Assembly (NCBI GenBank): GCA_021736305.1
Contig: JAIPGD010000003.1
Location: 4,306-68,305 of the forward strand
Source of the DNA: Candidatus Izemoplasma sp.
GTDB taxonomy: Bacteria; Bacillota_I; Bacilli_A; Izemoplasmatales; Hujiaoplasmataceae
Length of the DNA: 64,000 nucleotides
Direction of reading: 5' to 3'
Position numbers and translations under genes: made by a program. The notes beneath the pieces are model-generated. The model had not been told where the DNA came from and ran no database searches. It saw nothing but the letters and a program-made list of their open reading frames with translations. Below are positions 10,108 through 20,513 of the stretch, piece by piece (the stretch's first letter is position 1; each line of letters begins with the position of its first letter).

Positions 10108-10872
10108 TTATACCGTTTTGAAAGGATTTGTATCAACAGTTGATTTGATGAATTCAATTTCAGTAAATTCTTTACTTAATTCATTAGTTACAGCTTCAAC
10201 AAAAATCTTTTCTGCATGATGTCCAATATCAACAATTGTTAGTCCTAAGGCAATTGCATCTAAAGCACTATGATAAGTAACATCGCCTGTAAGATAGACA
10301 TCACAGCCTACCTTCTTTGCCTCATACATATGTTTAGAACCAGATCCTCCAGAAATACCAATCGTTTTAATCGGTTTATCTTCTCTACCTATCACCTTGA
10401 CATTATCGATATCTAATGTCTTTTTTATTATGTTAATAAAAGTTGAAAAATCAACTTCATCAATTTCTCCATATCGTCCAATTTCATCTTCAATATCTAA
10501 CAATTTTGGAGATTTAATGTTTAATCTATTGGCCAAAACATCATTCATACCACCTTTAGCAACATCATAATTGGTATGTGCTGAATAAACTGTTATATTA
10601 TGCTTTATTAAATTTTTAATTATCCAACCTTTTGGAGAATCGAATATTATTTTTCTCATAGGTTGAAACATTAAAGGATGATGAGTTAAAATCATATCAA
10701 CTTTTAAATTAATCGCTTCTTTAACAACAGCTTTTGTCAAATCCAAACTTACTAATACTTTGTTTGCTTTATGGTTTAATGTGCCAACTTGAATACCAAC
10801 ATTATCCCATTCATAAGCTAAATCTTTCGGATATTTCATTTCAAAATACTTTATAATATCGATTAAATTCAA
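10108..10872 (-). CDS. Nif3-like dinuclear metal centre protein (YqfO family)
   Basis: YEWDNVGIQVG, THHPLMF and IDIGHHAE motifs. It lies downstream of trmK, as in Bacillus. Confidence 0.8.
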   Translation of the reverse strand: MNLIDIIKYFEMKYPKDLAYEWDNVGIQVGTLNHKANKVLVSLDLTKAVVKEAINLKVDMILTHHPLMFQPMRKIIFDSPKGWIIKNLIKHNITVYSAHTNYDVAKGGMNDVLANRLNIKSPKLLDIEDEIGRYGEIDEVDFSTFINIIKKTLDIDNVKVIGREDKPIKTIGISGGSGSKHMYEAKKVGCDVYLTGDVTYHSALDAIALGLTIVDIGHHAEKIFVEAVTNELSKEFTEIEFIKSTVDTNPFKTV

Positions 10873-11525
10873 GATAAAGCCTCCTTTAAAACCTTAATCC
10901 TTTTAGTTATTTTTTGTTTTGTTTCTTTATTTAAAGCTTTTATTTTAGCGCGTTTTAATTGTTGAATCATTTTATTTATTCTTTCCTTGAAAACCTCGTT
11001 TTTATTTTCAAGGATAAGTGGGCCAAATTCTCTTTCTAATTCACTTAGTTCCATTCTTCCTTTTTCCGAAACGATTATCTGATAATATTTTTGATTTTCC
11101 TTAAAAAATTCTTCCGAAATAATCTTCCAACGATTTTCTTCTAAAAATTTTCTTATTTCATAGTTTTGTGAATTAGCAGATAAAATTAGACGTTTAACAT
11201 TTATCAAATCAGCTTTTGCTAGTATATCCACTATTAATTTACCACCCATACCTAATATACTTACAACATCTACATCTTTTTCAACATATAAATAACTCAA
11301 TCCTTCAGCCAATACAGCGCTAACTTTACCTATTAAATTATTTTCTGCAATATTATTTTTAGCTTGTAATAAAGGCATGTTTTTGTTATCTGATGCAATT
11401 GCTTTTTTAACATAGCCATTTTTGACTGCATAGATAGGCAGCAAACCATGATCTGTGCCACAGTCCGCTAAGTAATTAAAACCCTTAAGATATTCACTTG
11501 CTATTCTTAAGCGTTTAGAAATCAT
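10869..11525 (-). CDS. trmK: tRNA (adenine22-N1)-methyltransferase
   Basis: LADCGTDHGLLPIYAV and ASDNKNMPL motifs. It occupies the yqfN position downstream of sigA, with a 4-nt overlap with the nif3-like gene. Confidence 0.75.
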   Translation of the reverse strand: MISKRLRIASEYLKGFNYLADCGTDHGLLPIYAVKNGYVKKAIASDNKNMPLLQAKNNIAENNLIGKVSAVLAEGLSYLYVEKDVDVVSILGMGGKLIVDILAKADLINVKRLILSANSQNYEIRKFLEENRWKIISEEFFKENQKYYQIIVSEKGRMELSELEREFGPLILENKNEVFKERINKMIQQLKRAKIKALNKETKQKITKRIKVLKEALS

Positions 11526-12775
11526 TAATAATGACCATCCTTAAAATCTTTTAATTTTTTTGAACGATTCGGTGTTCTTAATTTCTTTATAGCTTTTGAT
11601 TCAATTTGACGAATACGCTCTCTAGTTACATTAAATTCTTTACCAACTTCTTCTAAAGTTCTAGGTTTTCCATCAAGTAAACCAAAACGCATTCTCAGAA
11701 CCTTCTCTTCGCGGTCAGTAAGTGTTGCTAAAGCAGAATTTAATTCTCTTTTTAACATTTCTTTTGTTGTGAATTCATAAGGGTTTAATATATCATTATC
11801 TGGGATAAAATCTCCCAAACTAGAATCCTCTTCTTCACCAACTGGTGATTCTAGAGAAATTGGTTCTTGAGCTGTCTTTTGAATAGCTTGAACACGATCT
11901 GCAGTAATACCCATTTCTTGGGCAACTTCTTCAGGAGTAGGTTCTCGCTTTAACTTTTGTGTTAATGTTCTTTGTGTTCTAACCATCTTATTAATTGTTT
12001 CAACCATATGAACTGGTATTCTAATTGTTCTTGCTTGATCGGCAATAGCCCTAGTAATTGCTTGTCTAATCCACCATGTTGCGTATGTAGAAAATTTAAA
12101 GCCTTTAGTATAATCAAATTTGCCAACAGCTTTTATTAGCCCCATATTTCCTTCTTGAATTAAATCCAAGAATTGTAATCCTCTAGAAACATAACGCTTA
12201 GCAATATTAACAACTAATCTTAGGTTTGCTTCTACAAGTTTTTTTCTAGCAAAATCACCTTTTCTAAATATTTCTTCAAACTCAAACATCTCTTCTTTAC
12301 TAATTGGAATGCCTTCTTTTCGACGATAATCATAAATTTCTTTTACTTTTTTATCGCGATCAACTAATGTTGCTAATTCATATTCTTCTTCACTAGTTAG
12401 GAGGTCAACCCTACCAATTTCCTTTAAATACATTCTAACCGGGTCATCAACTTTTATAGAAACAGATGAATCAAAGACTTTTTCTTTCATTAATCGGTCA
12501 TTTGTTTCTTTAGAAAAATCTCTTATTTCTTCTATCTCAGTTTCTTTGATATGATCATCTGACAAATCATCTAGACTAACTTTATCCTTAGCATCTTCGT
12601 TTTTTACGAAATCAAAAAACTCATCCGGCAACATACCTTGTGATGCTAGTGAGCTTACTATCTCTTCAAAGCTTTTATTATCCCTATCGACATATTTAAA
12701 AATATCTTTGACAGTTAATTTTCCATTTTCCTTGAAGATTTTTATTAACTCACTAAAAATTTCTTTTTTTGTCAT
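11525..12775 (-). CDS. rpoD: primary RNA polymerase sigma factor (sigma-A/RpoD)
   Basis: [54 protein letters not shown] (regions 2-3) and [15 protein letters not shown]...[20 protein letters not shown] (region 4). The start is set at ATG 12775, after the AGGAGGAG RBS. Confidence 0.95.
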   Translation of the reverse strand: MTKKEIFSELIKIFKENGKLTVKDIFKYVDRDNKSFEEIVSSLASQGMLPDEFFDFVKNEDAKDKVSLDDLSDDHIKETEIEEIRDFSKETNDRLMKEKVFDSSVSIKVDDPVRMYLKEIGRVDLLTSEEEYELATLVDRDKKVKEIYDYRRKEGIPISKEEMFEFEEIFRKGDFARKKLVEANLRLVVNIAKRYVSRGLQFLDLIQEGNMGLIKAVGKFDYTKGFKFSTYATWWIRQAITRAIADQARTIRIPVHMVETINKMVRTQRTLTQKLKREPTPEEVAQEMGITADRVQAIQKTAQEPISLESPVGEEEDSSLGDFIPDNDILNPYEFTTKEMLKRELNSALATLTDREEKVLRMRFGLLDGKPRTLEEVGKEFNVTRERIRQIESKAIKKLRTPNRSKKLKDFKDGHY

Positions 12776-14555
12776 TTCTTCTCCTCCTAATTTCTTCATA
12801 CAATTTTCTTTTATTTCTCAGTTCAATATCTTTGCTACGGAAATCATCTAAATTATCTTTTGCAATTAATTGGGTTAATTCTATACGCATCGCTTCGATA
12901 TCTTGTCTTAATCTATCTAAAATCAAAGTATCTATTAACTCTTTTAATTCATTTTCAGAATAATTATAATTATCTTTAAGCAATATCTTATCAAGTTCAT
13001 CGTGAATATTCTCGCTTAAATCAGTTTTTAAATTATATAAAGCAACTTCTCGATTATTTTGATGTAATTCTCTTAAAGTAGCAAATATTTGATAACGGTA
13101 GCCTTTTGTAAAGCGAAAATTAAAAAATTCATCATCAATTATTTCTCGATAATCTTCTGACTTCAAGTAATAATTAATTATTTTTTCTTCTGCTTTTATA
13201 ACATTCTTCGTTACTGTTGGTTTTATTACTTCTCTTTTTGTTTCTTTTATATTAGTGAATTTTCTTTGATTAAATAAAAATTTATTAAAATCTTGATTAA
13301 TGACATCAATATCTAAATTAATTTTCTCAGAAAATTTTTGTAAATAAATTGTTGTAATAGTTTTACTGGCAGATGAAGCTAAAAATTTAAATAAACTTAC
13401 CTTCGCTTTTTCAATGTCTGAACTAGTTGATAAACCTTTTTCAATAATCATCTCATAAACAAAATCATATTTATCCATCAAGTTTTGATTAATATGATTT
13501 CTAAATAAAGCTTGTGAGTTTTTCTTAATATATTCATCTGGATCTAATTCATCTGGCAATAAAGCAATTTGTACTTCTAAATTAACGTTCTCTAAAATAC
13601 TTAAAGCTTTATAAGTCGCTTCTTTACCAGGCTTATCTCCGTCATAACAAATAACAACTTGATTAGCATATTTTTTTATTTTTTTAGCTTGATCATAAGT
13701 TAGTTCTGTTCCCATTGTACAAACAGATTCCTTGATACCTGCTAAAGAAGCTTGAATAACATCAAAGAAACCTTCCATTAAAACAACTCGTTTTTTCTGG
13801 TTTATAAAAGGCAATGCTTTATCTAAATTATATAAAATTTCACCTTTATTAAATATCTTAGTTGTTTTGGAATTAACATATTTAGCGCTATCTTTTTTAT
13901 CAGTTAATATTCGTCCGCTAAAACCTAAAACCTTACCATATTCATCGTGAATAGGGAACATAATTCGGTCGCGAAAAACATCGTAATAATCGCCGTCATC
14001 GCTTCGATTAATTAATCCCGCTTCAACTAACTCATATTCTTGAAAGTTTTCTAATAAATTTTTCATTAATTGATTATTTTTTGCTGGAGCATATCCTATA
14101 TCAAATTCATTTAAAGTGTGTTTATCAATATTACGATTAAGCAAATAATCTAGAGCAGTTTTACCGCTATCTAAATTTAATAAATTTAAATTATAAAAAT
14201 CTTTAGCTGTTTTATTAATTTTATATAATTTATCATAAGATTTTGTAACTTCATTATTATTATATTCTAGTTCTATATGGTATTTATCAGCTAAATATTT
14301 TAAAGCATCAACAAAACCAATATGTTTATATTCCTGAATGAATTTTATTGATCCGCCTTTTTTATGACAGCCAAAACAATTAAATATCTGCTTATCTTTA
14401 TCCACAAAAAAAGAAGGAGTTTTTTCGCTATGAAACGGGCACAACCCTTTCATACTTTTACCAGCCGGTTGAAGTGAAACGAATTCACTTACAACATCTA
14501 CAATATCAGCTGCTTGGTTAATTTCATCAATCTTATTTTGACTGATTCTAGCCAT
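12753..14555 (-). CDS. dnaG: DNA primase
   Basis: CHC2 zinc finger [29 protein letters not shown] and a Toprim MEGFFDV...CYDGDKPG region. It is immediately upstream of rpoD. Confidence 0.95.
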   Translation of the reverse strand: MARISQNKIDEINQAADIVDVVSEFVSLQPAGKSMKGLCPFHSEKTPSFFVDKDKQIFNCFGCHKKGGSIKFIQEYKHIGFVDALKYLADKYHIELEYNNNEVTKSYDKLYKINKTAKDFYNLNLLNLDSGKTALDYLLNRNIDKHTLNEFDIGYAPAKNNQLMKNLLENFQEYELVEAGLINRSDDGDYYDVFRDRIMFPIHDEYGKVLGFSGRILTDKKDSAKYVNSKTTKIFNKGEILYNLDKALPFINQKKRVVLMEGFFDVIQASLAGIKESVCTMGTELTYDQAKKIKKYANQVVICYDGDKPGKEATYKALSILENVNLEVQIALLPDELDPDEYIKKNSQALFRNHINQNLMDKYDFVYEMIIEKGLSTSSDIEKAKVSLFKFLASSASKTITTIYLQKFSEKINLDIDVINQDFNKFLFNQRKFTNIKETKREVIKPTVTKNVIKAEEKIINYYLKSEDYREIIDDEFFNFRFTKGYRYQIFATLRELHQNNREVALYNLKTDLSENIHDELDKILLKDNYNYSENELKELIDTLILDRLRQDIEAMRIELTQLIAKDNLDDFRSKDIELRNKRKLYEEIRRRRNDKKRNF

Positions 14556-14580
14556 ATGTCACCCTTCTTTTCATTATAAA

Positions 14581-15948
14581 TTATAATATATTTTTCAAAT
14601 ATTCAGTTAATTCAGATATCTTGACTCTTACTTGTTCCATTGAATCTCTATCTCTAATTGTTACAGTTTCATCATCTTGTGTTTGGTTATCGATTGTTAC
14701 ACAATAAGGTGTACCAATTGCATCGGCTCGTCTATATCTTCTACCTATATTTCCGTTTTCATCATAAAATGCTGTGAAATTATTCAATAACAAATCATAA
14801 ACTTCTTCAGCTTTTTCGGTATGATATTTTTTAACTAAAGGCAAAACATTAACTTGATAAGGTGCTAAATCTTTATTGATTCGTAATAAAGTTCTTGTTT
14901 TATTGTCGCCGATTTCTTCTTCTTCTAAATTATTAAGTAAAATTGCTAGAAATAATCTTTCAACACCTAAACTTGGTTCAATCACGAATGGAAGGTAAGT
15001 TTCATTAGTTTGTGGATCTAAATATTCTAAATTTTCTCCAGATAAAGATTGATGTGATTTTAAATCATAGTTCGTTCGAGAAGATATCCCCCACAACTCA
15101 TCAAATCCCCAGGGGTATTTAAACAAAATATCAGTAGTTGCATTAGAATAAAACGCTAATTTTTCTTTTGGGTGATTATAAAACTTTACAGTTTCTTCAT
15201 TTAGTCCACAATCCAATAAAAATTGATATGAAAATTCTTTCCAAAATTTAAACCAGTCAATTTCAGTTCCTGGTTTACAAAAGAACTCTAATTCCATTTG
15301 CTCAAATTCACGTGTTCTAAAAATAAAGTTCCCAGGGGTAATTTCGTTTCTAAAAGATTTACCGATTTGACCAACACCAAACGGAATTTTTCTTCTTGAA
15401 GTTCTTAGTATGTTTTTAAAATTCAGGAAAATCCCTTGTGCTGTTTCAGGTCGCAAATAAACATCATTACTATCCGTTGTAACTCCTTGTTGCGTTTTAA
15501 ACATTAAATTAAATTCTCTAATTTCAGTGAAGTTATTTGCACCACAATTAGGACATTTAATTTTATGCTCAACAATATAGTCATGCATTTTCTTATAATC
15601 CCAACCATCAGCATCAACCTCTGATTTGGTTGCTGAACTTATTAAATTATCAGCTCTATATCTTGTCTTACATTCTTTACAATCCATCAATGGATCTTTA
15701 AACCCAGTTAAATGACCAGTAGCTTCCCAAGTTTTTGAATTTAACAAAATAGAGGAATCAACTCCTACATTTAATTTATTTTGGCTAACGAATTTCTTCC
15801 ACCAAAACTGTTTTATATTGTTTTTTAAATTAACACCAAGAGGACCATAATCCCATGTGTTTGCTAATCCCCCGTATATCTCTGAACCTTGATAAATAAA
15901 ACCGTATCTTTTTGCATAAACATTAAGTTGATCTAAATTATATTCCAA
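14581..15948 (-). CDS. glyQS: glycine--tRNA ligase (single-chain alpha2 type)
   Basis: YGFIYQGSEIYGGLANTWDYGPLG and FRNEITPGNFIFRTREFEQMELEFF (class II motifs). The start is moved to TTG 15948, 8 nt after GGAGGA; the track's upstream extension has no RBS and overlaps the promoter. Confidence 0.9.
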   Translation of the reverse strand: MEYNLDQLNVYAKRYGFIYQGSEIYGGLANTWDYGPLGVNLKNNIKQFWWKKFVSQNKLNVGVDSSILLNSKTWEATGHLTGFKDPLMDCKECKTRYRADNLISSATKSEVDADGWDYKKMHDYIVEHKIKCPNCGANNFTEIREFNLMFKTQQGVTTDSNDVYLRPETAQGIFLNFKNILRTSRRKIPFGVGQIGKSFRNEITPGNFIFRTREFEQMELEFFCKPGTEIDWFKFWKEFSYQFLLDCGLNEETVKFYNHPKEKLAFYSNATTDILFKYPWGFDELWGISSRTNYDLKSHQSLSGENLEYLDPQTNETYLPFVIEPSLGVERLFLAILLNNLEEEEIGDNKTRTLLRINKDLAPYQVNVLPLVKKYHTEKAEEVYDLLLNNFTAFYDENGNIGRRYRRADAIGTPYCVTIDNQTQDDETVTIRDRDSMEQVRVKISELTEYLKNIL

Positions 15949-15988
15949 AGTAATTATCCTCCATTTTTTCGCATAATATCTCATTTTA

Positions 15989-16017
15989 ATTATAAAATAA
16001 TTAAAATAAATTGTCAA
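15989..16017 (-). promoter_or_regulatory. glyQS sigma-A promoter
   Basis: The minus strand reads TTGACA - 17 nt - TATAAT (perfect consensus). The leader to the TTG start is only about 35-40 nt. Confidence 0.8.
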
Positions 16018-16089
16018 ATAAACACATTTCTGGATTATTGCTTATATATAGCCATTTTTTACAATAATCATAACTAAATTTATTTATTT

Positions 16090-16806
16090 TTAATAACTAA
16101 TTAACTCTTTTAACATTTTTCTAGATTTACTTCGATAGTTTAGATGATATTCATAATACTCATCAATTAGTAACCGCAAATTCATTAAGGAATTTTTATT
16201 ATATGAAATTGGTTGAGGATTATTAAAATCATAATAATAAAGTGATTTTAATAAAGTAATAGTTTCTTTTTGAAAAACTGCATTTTCCTTATGCAATTCG
16301 CAGCATAAACCACCATCTTCAACAGAAAAAGTTAAATTATTGGTACTACCACAAATAACACACTTATCAAGCATTGGCTGAACACCTAACAAATAAAGTA
16401 ATTTTAATTCAGCCATATTAATGAAAGGAATATAATCATCAGTTAATCTAAGTTGTTTAAATATTTTATTCAAAAATAAATATAGTTTTTCATGGTCATG
16501 ATCATGACCAGAAAAATAGTAGATTATTTCAGTTAGGTGAAGAATATAGGTGTACTTATCAAAATCCTTTGTAAACTCTAAATTATTATTAATAACTTCT
16601 CCATCTCTTAAGGTCTTCAAGTTTTTTCCGCTAACATGTAATTTAACCTGAGAAAAAACCCTAACTAAATTCAAGTAAGGGCTTTTCAGTTTATTACTGC
16701 CGTGAACTAATACAGAGATTAATCCATTTTTAGTATATAAATAGATTATTTTTGAACTTTCTTTATAATTAATCTGTTTAAGAATAATTCCTTCAATAAT
16801 TTCCAA
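16090..16806 (-). CDS. recO: DNA repair protein RecO
   Basis: OB-fold N-terminus and a CVICGS...LCCELH zinc motif. It lies in the era-recO-glyQS context. Confidence 0.8.
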   Translation of the reverse strand: MEIIEGIILKQINYKESSKIIYLYTKNGLISVLVHGSNKLKSPYLNLVRVFSQVKLHVSGKNLKTLRDGEVINNNLEFTKDFDKYTYILHLTEIIYYFSGHDHDHEKLYLFLNKIFKQLRLTDDYIPFINMAELKLLYLLGVQPMLDKCVICGSTNNLTFSVEDGGLCCELHKENAVFQKETITLLKSLYYYDFNNPQPISYNKNSLMNLRLLIDEYYEYHLNYRSKSRKMLKELISY

Positions 16807-16815
16807 TTTACCACC

Positions 16816-17706
16816 TTAAATATTTTCTTTATAACCATAGTTTTTAAGATAATATTCGCGATTACGCCAATCTTCTTCTACCTTACAATACAATTCAAGA
16901 TAAACTTTTCTTTTTAACAAATCTTGAATGTCTTTACGAGCTGCAACACCTATACGTTTAAGCATTGAACCGTTTTTACCAATTACTATTCCTTTTTGTG
17001 ATTTCCTTTCGACAACAATAGTTGCCATTATTTTAGCAACCTTTTCATCCGGTTTATAACTCTCTAAATAAACCATCACTGAGTGTGGAACTTCTTGATG
17101 TGTAAATTCTAATACTTTTTCTCTAATAAATTCTTGAAGTAAAAATGTTTCTGGTCGATCAGAAATTTCACCATCAGGATAATATTTCGGTCCTGGTTTA
17201 AGTTCTTTCTTTATATCTAACAATAATAAATCAACATTATCACCTTTAAGTGCAGATATTCCAAAAACTTCTTTAAAATCATATTTATCTTTATAAATAT
17301 CTATGGTTTTTTGTAATCTTTCAAAATCAGTAATTGTATCCAATTTATTAATAATTAAAAAAATTGGTGTTCTAACAGACTTTAAATCATCTAATATACT
17401 TATATTACTTTCTTTAACATCATCATAAGCGTTAACTAAAAACAAAACTAAATCAACTGATTTAACTGTCGCTAAAGCCGCTGAAGAGATGTATTTACTT
17501 AATTTGGTCTTTCCTTCGTGAATTCCTGGTGTATCCATAAAGACTATTTGTGAATCATCGTCATTATAAATCCCTGAGAATACATTTCTTGTGGTTTGAG
17601 GTTTCCTTGAAGTTATCGATAATTTTTGTTTAAGAATTTTATTTAAAAGTGTTGATTTACCAACATTTGGTTCACCAATTATTGTAACAAAGCCTGACTT
17701 AAACAT
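16816..17706 (-). CDS. era: GTPase Era
   Basis: GEPNVGKSTLLN (G1), DTPG (G3), NKLD (G4) and a C-terminal KH domain GKNGSMLKRIG. Confidence 0.95.
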   Translation of the reverse strand: MFKSGFVTIIGEPNVGKSTLLNKILKQKLSITSRKPQTTRNVFSGIYNDDDSQIVFMDTPGIHEGKTKLSKYISSAALATVKSVDLVLFLVNAYDDVKESNISILDDLKSVRTPIFLIINKLDTITDFERLQKTIDIYKDKYDFKEVFGISALKGDNVDLLLLDIKKELKPGPKYYPDGEISDRPETFLLQEFIREKVLEFTHQEVPHSVMVYLESYKPDEKVAKIMATIVVERKSQKGIVIGKNGSMLKRIGVAARKDIQDLLKRKVYLELYCKVEEDWRNREYYLKNYGYKENI

Positions 17707-18101
17707 TAAAGATCCTCTTTAGAAAAACCAGCTGGAAGTAAGTCTTTATTTTTCATAGTTTTAAATTCATCTTTACTATTAGCCAAAATAACTTTAGCAT
17801 CTGCTTCCATTAATTCACTCATTACTTGTCTACATGCACCACATGGAGAAACGAAATAATCTTTATCTGTGTATACCATTATCGAATCAATATCAGATTT
17901 CTTAATTCCTTGTGAATAAGCACTAAACAAAGCTGATCTTTCCGCACAATTTGATAGACCATAAGCAGCATTTTCAATATTAATTCCGTTAATTGTTTTA
18001 CCGTTTTTTAATTTTAATACTGCAGCAACTCTAAATTTAGAATACGGAACATAGGCATTATCAATTACTTTCTTTGCTTCTTTCAATAATTCTTTCATCA
18101 T
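17706..18101 (-). CDS. cdd: cytidine deaminase
   Basis: CAERSALF and PCGACRQ zinc-binding motifs, 131 aa. Confidence 0.9.
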   Translation of the reverse strand: MMKELLKEAKKVIDNAYVPYSKFRVAAVLKLKNGKTINGINIENAAYGLSNCAERSALFSAYSQGIKKSDIDSIMVYTDKDYFVSPCGACRQVMSELMEADAKVILANSKDEFKTMKNKDLLPAGFSKEDL

Positions 18102-18113
18102 ATCTCTCCTTTA

Positions 18114-18542
18114 TTATCGGGTGTATTTCGAATTTTTAATAATTTCTTTTTGTAATAAAAACATTTCTTCTTCAGAATCTAAGTCTTGATGATCATACCC
18201 TAGACAATGTAAAAAACCATGTAAAGTCAAAAAGGCTAGTTCTCTCTCAAATGAATGTTCATATTCTAATGATTGAGTAATAACTTTATCTATAGAAATA
18301 AACACATCACCAAGTTCTTCTTCAATATCTTCGTTTTCAAAACTTAAAACATCTGTAGGTTGATTTTTATTGCGGTATTTTTTATTCAATTCTTGAATAT
18401 ATGAATTATCTACTAAAACAATATTAATTAATAGATTATTTTTTAAATCTAAGTGTTTGTAAGCGATACTAATAATATCCTTGATTATAACTTCATATTT
18501 TGATTCATCGTTATATTGATTTATGATATTAATTTCAATCAT
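18114..18542 (-). CDS. ybeY: rRNA maturation endoribonuclease YbeY
   Basis: HGFLHCLGYDH metal-binding motif. The start is set at the ATG after GAAAGG; the track's TTG start overlaps the phoH end. Confidence 0.9.
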   Translation of the reverse strand: MIEINIINQYNDESKYEVIIKDIISIAYKHLDLKNNLLINIVLVDNSYIQELNKKYRNKNQPTDVLSFENEDIEEELGDVFISIDKVITQSLEYEHSFERELAFLTLHGFLHCLGYDHQDLDSEEEMFLLQKEIIKNSKYTR

Positions 18543-19509
18543 TTTTAAACCTTTCAATAATTGTTTGAACTAGTGGATGTCTAACTACATCTGTTTTATC
18601 AAAATTAATTATCGCGACTGAATTTATATTTTTTAAGATTTCTTTCGCTCTTATTAAACCTGACTTTTGATTTGTCGGCAAATCACTCTGAGTAATATCC
18701 CCTGTAACTATCATTTTAGTCCCAAAGCCTAATCTTGTTAAAAATAGTTTCATTTGATTAATTGTTGTATTCTGAGCTTCATCTAATATTACAAATGCAT
18801 TATCTAGTGTTCTTCCACGCATATAAGCTAAAGGTGCAACTTCAATAATCTGTTTTTCTAACAAATCAGCACTTTCTTTAGCGCCTAATACATCAAATAA
18901 AGCATCATATAAAGGGCGTAAATAAGGATCAACTTTTTCTTTTAAATCACCAGGTAAAAATCCTAACTTTTCTCCAGCTTCAACTGCTGGTCTAGTTAAA
19001 ATAATTCGTTTGATTTTATTAGCTTTAAGATTTTTAATCGCTAATAAAACAGCTAAATATGTTTTACCAGTTCCTGCAGGCCCAATACCAAAGACTAGCG
19101 TATTTTTCTGAATTGCTTCAATATATGTCTTTTGATTTATGGTTTTAGGATATATAGGTTTTCCAGTAAATGTTTTTATGATTTCTTTTCTTGATAAAAA
19201 CAAACTTATAATTTCAGCTTCACTTGCTTTTTCAAGCAAATGATAAATATAAATAATATCTCTTTCATTAAAAACAATATTGTTTTTAATTAATTCCAAT
19301 AAAATATGAATAATTGCTTTAAATTTTTCAATCTTATTAGAATCATCGCTTTTAATAACTAGTTCTTGATTATTAGTAAATATTTCTACATCTAATAAGT
19401 CAGCTAATAACTTAATGTTTTTATCATGAACACCTAATAAATCTATTAACTTGTCAATCTTTAAATTCAACTCTATATTTTTTGTCACTAACACTACTCT
19501 CCTTAACAA
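18535..19509 (-). CDS. phoH: PhoH-like ATPase (YbeZ)
   Basis: GPAGTGKTYLA Walker A and ILDEAQN Walker B. The track start is TTG. An AAGGAGAG RBS suggests the real start is a GTG at 19494 or 19488. Confidence 0.85.
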   Translation of the reverse strand: MLRRVVLVTKNIELNLKIDKLIDLLGVHDKNIKLLADLLDVEIFTNNQELVIKSDDSNKIEKFKAIIHILLELIKNNIVFNERDIIYIYHLLEKASEAEIISLFLSRKEIIKTFTGKPIYPKTINQKTYIEAIQKNTLVFGIGPAGTGKTYLAVLLAIKNLKANKIKRIILTRPAVEAGEKLGFLPGDLKEKVDPYLRPLYDALFDVLGAKESADLLEKQIIEVAPLAYMRGRTLDNAFVILDEAQNTTINQMKLFLTRLGFGTKMIVTGDITQSDLPTNQKSGLIRAKEILKNINSVAIINFDKTDVVRHPLVQTIIERFKND

Positions 19510-19544
19510 TATTATATCATTAAAAGCACAATCTTAGAAAAAAT

Positions 19545-19572
19545 TAATGACAATTCAAATGAATTGTCATTA
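19545..19572 (-). terminator. rpsU terminator
   Basis: 12-bp palindromic stem TAATGACAATTC-AAAT-GAATTGTCATTA with T-rich flanks on both strands. Confidence 0.75.
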
Positions 19573-19584
19573 TTTTTTAATTAA

Positions 19585-19755
19585 CTACGACTTGCTTTTA
19601 TTTTTACGTTTTTTTTCTTTTCTTTGTACACTAGGTTTTTCGTAATACTCTTTCTTACGGGCTTGAGCAAGATTTCCCGCACGAGAAACGTCACGCTTAA
19701 AACGACGAAGTGCGTCTTCGATTGATTCGTTTTCTCTCACAATTGTTTTTGCCAT
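19585..19755 (-). CDS. rpsU: 30S ribosomal protein S21 (56 aa)
   Basis: Missing from the ORF track. Minus-strand translation: [67 protein letters not shown], a consensus promoter upstream and a hairpin terminator downstream. Confidence 0.95.
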   Translation of the reverse strand: MAKTIVRENESIEDALRRFKRDVSRAGNLAQARKKEYYEKPSVQRKEKKRKNKSKS

Positions 19756-19784
19756 TGCTTTCACCCCTTTTCTTAACCGTTAAC

Positions 19785-19813
19785 ATTATACTAAATTTGT
19801 ATCTAAATGTAAA
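19785..19813 (-). promoter_or_regulatory. rpsU promoter
   Basis: The minus strand reads TTTACA - 17 nt - TATAAT, about 30 nt upstream of the rpsU ATG. Confidence 0.75.
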
Positions 19814-19830
19814 CTTTTTTATTCAGAATA

Positions 19831-19859
19831 TTACAAATTAATATAGATTATGTTAGAAT
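19831..19859 (+). promoter_or_regulatory. promoter of the orphan membrane-protein gene
   Basis: TTACAA - 17 nt - TAGAAT with TGn immediately upstream (extended -10), about 40 nt before ATG 19900. Confidence 0.6.
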
Positions 19860-19899
19860 AAGGTTGATTTAGCAAAAATAGAGGAAAAGGAGTCTAAAA

Positions 19900-20487
19900 A
19901 TGAAGAATATTTTACCAATTTTTCTAATTTCCGATTTAACTATCGTTATAATCACTTTAGTTATTGCGCTATTCATAATAATTTTTACGTTATATATATA
20001 TACTCGAAATATTCATATCAGGAAATATAATCGTCATTATAAAAAACTTATAAAGAAAAAAGAAAAAAAATATAATGCGAATGTCATCATCGATAAAATT
20101 TATAATAAATATACTATTGATGAAACAAATACTTATAAATCACTTAAGAGACATGGTAAAAGAATTGTTAAAAATTATCTAAGGTTTTACTCAAGGGAAT
20201 TAACAAAACTCGCAGAACTTAAAAGTAATATTTCACCCAATAAAAACCAAAATAAACTTGTTATTATTTTAAAGAACAAAACCAATCAAATTATTGGAAA
20301 ATGGTACACAAAAACAAGAATTAAAAAATTTATTAAATTGATTGATAGGCACCAACTATTATTTGATTCTCTAGCATACTTATATGAACTTCCGCCTTAC
20401 ATTCATGAAAAGAAGTCATATCATCTAGAAAATCATGACAACAAAAATTTCTTAAGTTATAAAATCGTCGAAGATATGAAAAAATAA
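19900..20487 (+). CDS. hypothetical lysine-rich single-pass membrane protein (orphan)
   Basis: 195-aa ORF with an N-terminal TM (ILPIFLISDLTIVIITLVIALFIIIFTLYIY) followed by a K/N-rich soluble part. It has an AAAGGAG RBS, an extended -10 promoter and a strong terminator. I recognise no family. Confidence 0.5.
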   Translation: MKNILPIFLISDLTIVIITLVIALFIIIFTLYIYTRNIHIRKYNRHYKKLIKKKEKKYNANVIIDKIYNKYTIDETNTYKSLKRHGKRIVKNYLRFYSRELTKLAELKSNISPNKNQNKLVIILKNKTNQIIGKWYTKTRIKKFIKLIDRHQLLFDSLAYLYELPPYIHEKKSYHLENHDNKNFLSYKIVEDMKK

Positions 20488-20513
20488 CGTACTCAATTTG
20501 AGTACGTTTTTTT
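20487..20513 (+). terminator. terminator of the orphan plus-strand gene (overlaps the mtaB 3' end)
   Basis: ACGTACTC-AATTT-GAGTACGT followed by T7. Confidence 0.8.
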
